A stretch of DNA of 64,000 bases from a virus: positions 1-64,000 of IMG/VR virus record IMGVR_UViG_3300042879_003994; one strand, given 5' to 3'. The translations under genes were made by a program, and so were the position numbers. The notes beneath the pieces were generated by a model, which saw only the letters and a program-made list of their open reading frames with translations, was not told the DNA's origin and ran no database searches. This document shows positions 55,906 to 64,000 of this stretch, piece after piece (the stretch's first letter is position 1; every line of letters begins with the position of its first letter).

Positions 55906-56712
55906 TTATACCCCACTTAGTATATATGTATTAAAATTAAGTGTTAATTTTGCGTCATCATTGACGCTATAGTTTAATTGTGTTTGAGAATTTACCAAAT
56001 TAGATAGATTAAAAGTCAATAATTTTTGATCTGTATCATATTTTTTAAAAGATAAAGCTAGATTTTTATTAAGAATACCTGTAAATATATTTGTTACTTT
56101 TTGTTGATTGTACTCACTCATAGAAAATTCAAAATTTAAATTTATATTAATTGGATACTTTATAATAACATTATCTGGTAAATAATTTCCGATAGTATAG
56201 ACTGTTTCTCTTGGAACATCTATATTTATACCAAAAGACTCTAGTCTATTAAAGTTTGCTTCATCTAAGTTTAAATCTACATAGCAATTATCAGTAATTT
56301 GAAAATCATTTAATAATTTTGGTTGGTAAGAAAATGTACCAGATGTATTTCCTAATTCTCCTAATATTAGACTTCTAATACTAACTTGTGGATATTCTCC
56401 AAACCTATAACTTAAAGAATAGTTAGTTAAGTATCCACTAGAAAATGTAAAATAATTACTTCCATATTCTAATTTTCCAGAAAAAGAGCTAGATCCAGTA
56501 TAGTTTATAAACTGATCACTTGTGCTTAGAAGATAATTTAAATCTAAATTTGCTACAACTGGTCTTGATACAAAGTAATTAATATTTGGATCAGATATAG
56601 CTAAAGATGGGTCAATGTTATTATCGTAAGATATGCCAACGGTTTGCACTCCAGAAATAATAGAATTATTTAGATAAAAATTTTGATTTTCTATAGAATA
56701 TACATTAAACAT
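55906..56712 (-). CDS. Putative tail tube-like structural protein
   Basis: Beta-rich with an apparent two-fold internal repeat (SGVQTVGISY / RLESFGINI..PRETVYTIG); adjacent to tail genes. Confidence 0.45.
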   Translation of the reverse strand: MFNVYSIENQNFYLNNSIISGVQTVGISYDNNIDPSLAISDPNINYFVSRPVVANLDLNYLLSTSDQFINYTGSSSFSGKLEYGSNYFTFSSGYLTNYSLSYRFGEYPQVSIRSLILGELGNTSGTFSYQPKLLNDFQITDNCYVDLNLDEANFNRLESFGINIDVPRETVYTIGNYLPDNVIIKYPININLNFEFSMSEYNQQKVTNIFTGILNKNLALSFKKYDTDQKLLTFNLSNLVNSQTQLNYSVNDDAKLTLNFNTYILSGV

Positions 56713-56721
56713 TAAATATAA

Positions 56722-56742
56722 TTACACTTCTTTTAAGTGTAA
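56722..56742. promoter_or_regulatory. Back-to-back pair of GTGTAA motifs, putative divergent late promoters
   Basis: TTACAC at 56722-56727 and GTGTAA at 56737-56742, between divergent structural genes. Confidence 0.65.
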
Positions 56743-56763
56743 ATTATACGAGGTAAAAGGTAT

Positions 56764-57312
56764 ATGGCTAGTATTTATGATACGATTCTATCTTGGAATC
56801 AAAGTAGTACTTATAATAAGTACGATATAGTCTTAGGTAGTGATAATAGATATTATTATTCAATTATAGATTCTAATACAGGAGCAGGAAATAATCCAGT
56901 GACTCCCGCAAATCTTCAAGTTGACTGGGATGGTTATATTTCTTTAAATGGCAACTTAATACCAAACTTTTGGTGGAAATCCTCTTATAATGCAAATATC
57001 ACTAATAAACCAAGAGTTAAAATTAATCAATTTGGAAATGGTTATCAACAAAGAATAAACGATGGAATAAATAATAATTTAATTGAATTTTCTTTAAATT
57101 TTGAAAATAGAAACGAAAAAGAAACAGTATCAATTCTTCATTTCTTAAGACAAAGAAATGGTCAAGAAAGTTTTATATACAATGTACCAACAATCTACTC
57201 AAAGTCGAATAATAGTTTATCTACTAGATATGTTTGCCCAGAATGGACTTCTAATTATATTTCTTACAATAACTATTCAATAGAAGCAAAATTTATAGAA
57301 GTGCCTGTATAA
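56764..57312 (+). CDS. Minor tail protein M-like (lambda gpM) with N-terminal CBM-like module
   Basis: P.V....FGNGYQQR..DGINN, FL....G..SF and C.EW motifs. Confidence 0.85.
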   Translation: MASIYDTILSWNQSSTYNKYDIVLGSDNRYYYSIIDSNTGAGNNPVTPANLQVDWDGYISLNGNLIPNFWWKSSYNANITNKPRVKINQFGNGYQQRINDGINNNLIEFSLNFENRNEKETVSILHFLRQRNGQESFIYNVPTIYSKSNNSLSTRYVCPEWTSNYISYNNYSIEAKFIEVPV

Positions 57313-57316
57313 GATT

Positions 57317-58687
57317 ATGCCAACATCAAGAGAGATTTATGATTTAATTGTAAGCGGTAATCAATCTTTAAATACCGAATTAAGTTCTTTAACGCCCTCT
57401 ACTCAAGTCTTACTTTACGAAATAGATTTGTCCGAGATTGCGCCAACTATGATTAATTATAATTATAACGGCGAGCAACCTATAAATAATGGAATCTTCA
57501 GAATATATAATGATTATAATATATATAAATTATCCACAAATCCATATGGTACAATAAAATGGCAGCAAAATTATTATTATCCATTTCCAATTTTTGCAGA
57601 GGGATTTGAATATTCATCCGCTGGAAGTTTGCCAACTCCAAGAGTTGCTATATCTAATTTATCTCCAGATTATTCCTCTAATTCTTTCTATAGATACATT
57701 AGAATGCAGATGCAAAGTCTAGGTGATATTGTTGGCGCAAAATTTAGTAGAATTAAAACCTTTTTAAAATATCTAGATGGTGCAAATTTTTCTGGAAACG
57801 TAAATCCATTTAATCCAAATACAGGTCTATATGAAATAGAATTACCAAGGGATATATATTATATTGATAGAAAAACTGTAGAAAACAAAAATATTATTGA
57901 ATATCAATTAAACACAATACTTGATGTCGAAAATTTAACTCTCCCAGCTAGAACGCTTTATGCTCAAAAATGTCCATTTCAATATAGAGGTGAAGGATGT
58001 GTTTACGAATATAATAGTAGATTAACAGACATACATAGTGGAGTTTATGCTTATACAGTTAATCCAGGATATACAGTTAGTGGGTTACAGACTGCTCCAC
58101 CAGTTGCCACAGATAATGATCAATTATTTATTGGAGGCGTATTTGCCACAGGCGCTGCTGGAACAGCAACAAATACTGCTATCTTTAGGATCACTGGTGG
58201 ATTAGGAAATTCGGGACTTTGGAGAGAAACTTCTCAATACGTATCTGGAGATTTTATATTTTTACAAAATAGAGGTTTAAAATATTATTACGTTTGTATA
58301 AATAACCACACGGCAGACGTATTTAATGCTCCACCAAATATAAATTATTGGGCTTCTGATTCATGTGCGAAAAGTATTAATTCTTGCAGGCTAAGATGGC
58401 TTAAGAACCCAGCCTTCAGACCAGTTATTTGGCCAGCTAATAGGAACGGAGAAAATTTTGTTCAGACAAGAAATCGAATTGAATCTCTTTATGGTACAGG
58501 AGAAAGATTAAATCTTTGGGTTACTGGTATAAATGGAGTAGCAGTAAATTTCCCAAGAAGACCAGGATGCGAAGATCCTTCTTCTACTAGAGCGCACGGA
58601 CTACCAAAAGATGCTTTTGGCAACTATCTAAATGGATTTTTACCATTTGGAGGATTTCCAGGAACAAACCAACCAGCTTCTCAATAA
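57317..58687 (+). CDS. Minor tail protein L-like (lambda gpL)
   Basis: PI.AEGFE, P.P...ISN, YLD..NF, C.FQYRG..C.Y, D.C.K....C.LR and LPFGGFPG motifs. Confidence 0.9.
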   Translation: MPTSREIYDLIVSGNQSLNTELSSLTPSTQVLLYEIDLSEIAPTMINYNYNGEQPINNGIFRIYNDYNIYKLSTNPYGTIKWQQNYYYPFPIFAEGFEYSSAGSLPTPRVAISNLSPDYSSNSFYRYIRMQMQSLGDIVGAKFSRIKTFLKYLDGANFSGNVNPFNPNTGLYEIELPRDIYYIDRKTVENKNIIEYQLNTILDVENLTLPARTLYAQKCPFQYRGEGCVYEYNSRLTDIHSGVYAYTVNPGYTVSGLQTAPPVATDNDQLFIGGVFATGAAGTATNTAIFRITGGLGNSGLWRETSQYVSGDFIFLQNRGLKYYYVCINNHTADVFNAPPNINYWASDSCAKSINSCRLRWLKNPAFRPVIWPANRNGENFVQTRNRIESLYGTGERLNLWVTGINGVAVNFPRRPGCEDPSSTRAHGLPKDAFGNYLNGFLPFGGFPGTNQPASQ

Positions 58688-58688
58688 A

Positions 58689-59414
58689 ATGATCGATAAG
58701 AAAAATAAAAATTTTATAAGAAATAAATCATTAGAAGATTTTCCTAATGAGACTTGCGGGTTTATAGTAAAAAATGAAAATAGATTTGAATGTATTCCAT
58801 GCAACAACATAGCGGAAAATCCAAAAGAAAATTTTAAAATTTGTTCTAAAGAATATTTACAAATTAAAAATAGATATAAGAATATATTATACCTATATCA
58901 TAGTCATACAAATGGAAATGATAATTTTTCAGAAATGGATAAGAATTGTGCAGAAAATCTATGTTTACCTATCATATTATATAATACAGAAAGAGATAGT
59001 ATTAAAATATATGAACCATCAAATATTAAGAAAGAATATATAGGAAGATTTTATCAGCACGGAAAATATGATTGCTTTAAATTAATAGAAGAATTTTATA
59101 AAAAGGAAAAATCTATAGAATTTAAATATAATAAAGAATTCTATACAAAGACTTTAAAAGAGATGGATATAAAAAGTGAGGTTATTAAATTTTACGAACA
59201 TAATAATTTTGTAATTATTAATAAAAACGAAGAATTAGAATTGCACGATATTTTATTAATTGATGCTTTTGGAGAAAACAAACCAAAGCATTTTGCGCTT
59301 TACATAGGAGATGGAAGAATTTTACATCAGCCCATGTTTGGTTTCTCAAAAATTGAAAATTATTGTAATTTTTATAGAAGGCGTACTGATTCAGTATTTA
59401 GGTTAAAGGTATGA
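58689..59414 (+). CDS. Tail assembly protein K-like (JAB/MPN plus NlpC/P60)
   Basis: PNETCG, HSH...S..D, YDC, HFALY and ILH motifs; start moved to ATG 58689. Confidence 0.88.
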   Translation: MIDKKNKNFIRNKSLEDFPNETCGFIVKNENRFECIPCNNIAENPKENFKICSKEYLQIKNRYKNILYLYHSHTNGNDNFSEMDKNCAENLCLPIILYNTERDSIKIYEPSNIKKEYIGRFYQHGKYDCFKLIEEFYKKEKSIEFKYNKEFYTKTLKEMDIKSEVIKFYEHNNFVIINKNEELELHDILLIDAFGENKPKHFALYIGDGRILHQPMFGFSKIENYCNFYRRRTDSVFRLKV

Positions 59415-60175
59415 TAAGAGTAAATTTACATGGTAAATTGGGTGAAGATTTAGGAGAATCTTGGGACCTTGATGTATCAAGCGTCGCAGAAGCTTTAAGA
59501 GCTATAGACGCTAATACCAGAAGACTAAGGCAATGGCTAATAAACTATAAAGATCAGTATGAATATGAAATTTTAGTAGATAACCAAGAACTTTTTACTG
59601 AAAAACCAGAATACAAAAATATAGAAGAAATAAAAAATTCAGAATTTTGTTTAAACTTAAAAGATAAAATAAAAACAATAGATATTGTTCCATCGATTAT
59701 AGGATCTGGCGCAGTTGCAAAAATTTTTGTTGGTGCAGCAGTAATTATTGGCGCTGTAGCTTTAGCAGTATTTACTCCGTTTATTTTACCTGCTATAGCA
59801 TTAGGTTTTGCAGGTTTAGGATTAATCGCAGCAGGAACCAGCGAATTACTTTCAAAGCCCCCACCATCTGTTCCATTTACAGCACAGCAAGTAAATCCAA
59901 TTGATGGAGAAGGAGAATCTGGAGGACCTACTTCGTATTTATTCAATGGTCCTGTAAATACAGTTGGAGAAGGCGGACCTGTTCCAGTTGGATATGGACA
60001 ATTAATAATTGGTGGTAATAATGTATTTAGTAATTATGAAATTATTTATAGAGCTTATAAATCAGATTTCAGTGATACAACTTTACAAATTGATTATCAA
60101 GGAGATACTCAATATCTATTTAATTCTAAATGTTACCTTATTAATCAACAATCATTACAGTCCTCACCTTTTTAA
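59411..60175 (+). CDS. Tail assembly protein I-like (lambda gpI)
   Basis: L.G.LG, AEALRA and SYLFNGPVNT...G.PVPVGYG motifs. Confidence 0.9.
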   Translation: MIRVNLHGKLGEDLGESWDLDVSSVAEALRAIDANTRRLRQWLINYKDQYEYEILVDNQELFTEKPEYKNIEEIKNSEFCLNLKDKIKTIDIVPSIIGSGAVAKIFVGAAVIIGAVALAVFTPFILPAIALGFAGLGLIAAGTSELLSKPPPSVPFTAQQVNPIDGEGESGGPTSYLFNGPVNTVGEGGPVPVGYGQLIIGGNNVFSNYEIIYRAYKSDFSDTTLQIDYQGDTQYLFNSKCYLINQQSLQSSPF

Positions 60176-60178
60176 TTT

Positions 60179-63100
60179 ATGGGTAATGCAAATAAATATG
60201 CAGATGGTTTGAGTTTTGTCCTGTTTCCAGGAAATATAGCTTATGGAACAGTTGGATATAACTTTCCAGAAAGTACAGCTCAAGATGATGGCGGTGGAGC
60301 AGGTGGAAACATATCGTTAAGTTTTAGTGGATCAAGAATACCTTTTACTAATAGTCCAACGTTTCTTTATTATAGAGGACCAAGCGGTTATGCGGCAAAT
60401 TATACTCCACTAGCAGTAATGACCGGTGGTTTAATACAAAGATTCTTTGAACGAGGCCCATCATTTCCTGGTTCTACATTCACTGGAAATGTGTTCGGTG
60501 CACCAGATTTAAGAACAATATTTGGAGTTAGTCCTAATACAGGCGTAGAAGGCGGTGTATTTCCACAAACAAATGGAGTCTTCATAAATGAAAGAACGAG
60601 AAATGGTCGAGCTTTTAATTCTATATCTCAGGTTAATATATTAGATTTAATTTGTGAAGGACCAATAGAAGGTTTTGTGACTGGAATATATGTGCCTAAT
60701 TTGAGTGGTAAAACTACTGGTGACATTGGATATACAAGTGTTACTTTTCAACCATACGAACAAACTTATAGCAATCCAGAAACAAGATCTATATTCTGGG
60801 ACGATGTACCAATAACAGATTTACAAGGTTTTTTTAATTTCCAATTTGCAGATTATAAATATACATATGGAGAAAAAACAAATGATCATACTATCTATAA
60901 TCCATATTTAAATCTTTACGAAGATAGAAGAGATTATTTTGGTAGACAAGTAGATAGAAATAAAATACCACTACAAACATCTGTTACTAAAGCAGTTGGA
61001 GATACTTTGTATGGATTTTATTTAATTAGTGGAAATAATCAAGTAATTTCACCAAAAACATATTACATATATAATACAGATGTGTCTTCAATAAGAATTA
61101 ATTTTAAGATAAATAGTCTTTATGAACAAATATTAACTGGAATAAATGCTGGTGACGTAGAGAAACATCTACAAATATTTAGGATCATAGTGTCTAGACT
61201 ATTAAAAAATGGAGAGACTGTTCTATTGGATACTTCTAAATACTCTCCTTATATTAAGGACTATTATTCTAGGGATGAATTTGGCGCTCAAGGAAAAATC
61301 GCAAATAGCCCAGTAATTGTTCCATACGAAATTACATTAAGACCATATGCTGAAAATTCTCCTTGGTTTGAACTTTTCCCAAATCAAATAGGATGGGCAA
61401 TAGACGTAGTAAAAATGAGTAGAGAAGGCGTTGGTGGAGGATTTTCAACATCTACAACTGTAGATAGCATAACAGAAATTTATTCAGACAGATTTACATA
61501 TCCAGATGCAGCTTTAGTTTATTCAAAATTTGATGCAAGATATTTTAATCAAATACCCACAAGAACATACAAGGTAAGACTACTTAAGGTAAAAATACCA
61601 ATTAATTATGATCCAATAACAAGAAATTATAATGGTCCGTGGAATGGACAATTTAAAGTTGCGTGGACAGATAATCCAGCTTGGTGCTTCTATGATCTTA
61701 TAACTAACAATAGATTTGGATTGGGGAAATATATAGATTCAAGTCTGACAGATAAATGGACGCTATATGAGATTGCTCAGTATTGTGATGAACTTGTTTC
61801 TGACGGAACAGGTGGACTAGAGCCAAGATTTAGATGCAATGTTTATATTGCAAATAAAGAAGAAGCTTACAAAGTATTAAATGATATGGCAAGTATATTT
61901 AGAGCAATTATTTATTACTCAGCAGGACAAATTACTGTTTCTCAAGATTCATTAAAGCAACCTATCTATTTATTTAATAATAGCAATGTAATTGAAGGAA
62001 CGTTTAATTATTCTGACGCTTCAAAGAAATCAAGAAAAACTGTTGCATCAGTTAGATTTAATGATGAAAATGATAATTTTAAACCAGCTATAGAATATAT
62101 TGAGGATAAAAATTCAATATTAAAATACGGCATAAGAGAAACAGATATTGTTGCATTTGGTTGCACAAATAAAAATCAAGCTAGAAGAGTCGGTAAATGG
62201 TTATTAACCACACAAAATACTGAAACTGAATTGGTAGATTTCCAAGTCGGTCTAGAAGGTAACTATATAAGACCAGGCGATGTAATATTAATTCATGATC
62301 AGTATAGAAAAAATGCAGCCTACGCAGGTCGAACTGTAGAACTAACTACTGGCTACGCAGTTTTAGATCTGCCATATAATTTTACTAATACCTATGCAAT
62401 AACTGGAGTCAACGCAAATAATTCATTTGTATTTAATATATTAACTCCTACTTATAATTTGAATTTAGGTACAACTTTAGGAGATCTTTATAGTACCGGA
62501 TTTGTTGATATAACTTCATCTGGGGTCACAGGATTAAATAGCTCCTTCTTCAGAAGAGGTCAGATTCAAACTATAACAATTAATAATCCTCAAAATTATT
62601 TAACTAGTGGATCTGGTATATATACAAATAATATAAGAATAAATTTCCCATCAAGATTGTCTAATTCTGGGTATAGCTTACCTCAAAATACAGTCTGGGC
62701 AATAGATATTAATCCATCTGGTTATCTGGCAGCTGGCATTGATACAAGATCTCCTATCAATAATCCTTCAAATGCCTTATATCCAGGATATTATTTAGAG
62801 CCATATCTAAATGAACCTAAAAAATATAGAGTCCTAACAATCTCAGAAAAAGAGCCAGAACTTTTTAACATTAATGCTCTAGAATATAATGATCAAAAAT
62901 ATTATGACATAGATAATGTTGCAACTCTAGTCAATGTTCCTGTCAAACCAGGTTTACCAGTTGCGCCAAGTCTTTTCTTGAGCGGAATATTTAGAAGTCC
63001 AACTACAAATTCTTATTTAAGTAACCCAGCTGGAGCGCATTTTGTTACAAATCAAGGTGGAATAAATAGCATAATGTACAACATACAGCCACCAAACAAT

Positions 63101-63409
63101 AATGCTAATAATAGTTTATATTATGTCTATGTAAAGCCAACTTCTAATTTTACAAATTCAACAACTCCAGAGATCTATCTTGCAGATGTTGTTTCTCCTT
63201 TACTAATAAGAACTGGCCTAACCCCATTCAATTGGGCAAGTAATTTGATTCCTCCATTCTTGACACCAACAGGTTCGGGTTTTTACTACTTTAGGGTATT
63301 CGCTGAAAATGCCCTTGGCGAAAGAAGTTCTCCAGCTACAGGCCTATACGTCTTAACTGCCCAAGCTTCTGTTTTTAGCGTTATAGCTTCTGGATACAAT
63401 ATATATTGA
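60179..63409 (+). CDS. Tail tip / host specificity protein J-like
   Basis: DLICEGPIEG, YP..A, AWTDNPAW, EPRF.CN, AFGCT...QA.R and PGDVI motifs. Confidence 0.92.
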   Translation: MGNANKYADGLSFVLFPGNIAYGTVGYNFPESTAQDDGGGAGGNISLSFSGSRIPFTNSPTFLYYRGPSGYAANYTPLAVMTGGLIQRFFERGPSFPGSTFTGNVFGAPDLRTIFGVSPNTGVEGGVFPQTNGVFINERTRNGRAFNSISQVNILDLICEGPIEGFVTGIYVPNLSGKTTGDIGYTSVTFQPYEQTYSNPETRSIFWDDVPITDLQGFFNFQFADYKYTYGEKTNDHTIYNPYLNLYEDRRDYFGRQVDRNKIPLQTSVTKAVGDTLYGFYLISGNNQVISPKTYYIYNTDVSSIRINFKINSLYEQILTGINAGDVEKHLQIFRIIVSRLLKNGETVLLDTSKYSPYIKDYYSRDEFGAQGKIANSPVIVPYEITLRPYAENSPWFELFPNQIGWAIDVVKMSREGVGGGFSTSTTVDSITEIYSDRFTYPDAALVYSKFDARYFNQIPTRTYKVRLLKVKIPINYDPITRNYNGPWNGQFKVAWTDNPAWCFYDLITNNRFGLGKYIDSSLTDKWTLYEIAQYCDELVSDGTGGLEPRFRCNVYIANKEEAYKVLNDMASIFRAIIYYSAGQITVSQDSLKQPIYLFNNSNVIEGTFNYSDASKKSRKTVASVRFNDENDNFKPAIEYIEDKNSILKYGIRETDIVAFGCTNKNQARRVGKWLLTTQNTETELVDFQVGLEGNYIRPGDVILIHDQYRKNAAYAGRTVELTTGYAVLDLPYNFTNTYAITGVNANNSFVFNILTPTYNLNLGTTLGDLYSTGFVDITSSGVTGLNSSFFRRGQIQTITINNPQNYLTSGSGIYTNNIRINFPSRLSNSGYSLPQNTVWAIDINPSGYLAAGIDTRSPINNPSNALYPGYYLEPYLNEPKKYRVLTISEKEPELFNINALEYNDQKYYDIDNVATLVNVPVKPGLPVAPSLFLSGIFRSPTTNSYLSNPAGAHFVTNQGGINSIMYNIQPPNNNANNSLYYVYVKPTSNFTNSTTPEIYLADVVSPLLIRTGLTPFNWASNLIPPFLTPTGSGFYYFRVFAENALGERSSPATGLYVLTAQASVFSVIASGYNIY

Positions 63410-63411
63410 TT

Positions 63412-64000
63412 ATGAAAGTAAAAAATTTAAATTTAACCTTAGAGTGGCATACAGTTAGAAATATACCAAACTTTATAGACGTTAGTTCTAATTTTCCTTC
63501 TTATAACGTAAAAGTTAAAAACAAAGAAGGAACTTTAATACATCAAAATCTAAATGTAGAAGATTATGAACCATTAATCGAATTACAATGTGATCATTAT
63601 GAATTTGCAAAGAAACCAAAGTTTCATATGGAACTTTTAAAAAATAAAGCTAAGAATACATTTAAATATAATTTTGAAAACAACTATTTAAAATATAAAG
63701 AATTAAATAACAAACTAGGATTTTTTAAAACCCTAATATTTGAAGTAGATTACAATAATGATGGTAAAGGAGACTTTCAATTAGAAGCGGAATATTCTGC
63801 TTTAGAGAATATAAATAAAGATCTATTATTCAATAAAATATATAGAAGTAGCGATTACTTAACTGTAAAATTTTTAATAAACAAAGAGTATTTCAAGCAA
63901 AATGAAATATATTCTTTATTAATTATAAGTGAAGCTTCTAATAAATTAATTAAAAATAAAAAACTAAATAATTTATTCACAGAAAATGTACAAGAAAAGT
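63412..64000 (+). CDS. Hypothetical protein, truncated by the window end (MKVKNLNLTLEWH...)
   Basis: ATG 2 nt after the J stop codon; frame appears open to the end. Confidence 0.6.
   Translation, partial: MKVKNLNLTLEWHTVRNIPNFIDVSSNFPSYNVKVKNKEGTLIHQNLNVEDYEPLIELQCDHYEFAKKPKFHMELLKNKAKNTFKYNFENNYLKYKELNNKLGFFKTLIFEVDYNNDGKGDFQLEAEYSALENINKDLLFNKIYRSSDYLTVKFLINKEYFKQNEIYSLLIISEASNKLIKNKKLNNLFTENVQEK

Noticed and set aside
631-60585. Short antisense or alternate-frame ORFs in the track (e.g. 631..879, 1632..1949, 4893..5435, 21666..21974, 59554..59946)
   Set aside because: They lie on top of well-supported genes and have no recognisable motifs or promoters, so they are treated as shadow ORFs
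1-64000. Stop-codon reassignment, as seen in some large phages
   Set aside because: Conserved genes are full length in code 11, TAG and TGA both end genes at sensible boundaries, and neither tRNA is a suppressor
1-64000. Specific host assignment
   Set aside because: Nothing in the window identifies the host; the lambda-like tail tip and LPS-type enzymes only weakly suggest a diderm bacterium

Overview
A 64 kb, strongly AT-rich segment of a large dsDNA tailed phage genome, read in the standard genetic code. Layout: (1) 1-13.8 kb, mostly minus strand: DNA repair and accessory genes (ATP-dependent ligase, UvsE, HNH), two tRNAs, purA and a GuaB/GuaC-family enzyme. (2) 13.8-24.7 kb: dCMP deaminase, dNMP kinase, a sigma factor, class Ia nrdAB, a candidate novel structured ncRNA and a tmRNA. 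(3) 24.7-39 kb: a 16-gene glycosylation and nucleotide-sugar cluster. (4) 39-54 kb: replication and recombination genes (RecA-like, DnaB, ThyX, primase, Cas4/RecB-like nuclease, split DnaE with separate PHP and DEDDh exonuclease, Whirly-like SSB, annealing protein). (5) 55.9-64 kb: a lambda-like tail tip module (M-L-K-I-J). Most notable: an ORF-free, promoter-driven, roughly 300-nt multi-branched RNA beside the tmRNA; six copies of a 28-bp quasi-palindrome bracketing small genes; two promoter classes (sigma70-like and GTGTAA) that both predict leaderless or near-leaderless mRNAs; a putative G/C-to-A/T nucleotide conversion module; a tRNA-Ser with an ACT anticodon; and two Cys-rich paralogs sharing an identical 116-bp inverted tract 42 kb apart. 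All family assignments come from motif recognition by eye; no database search was run.
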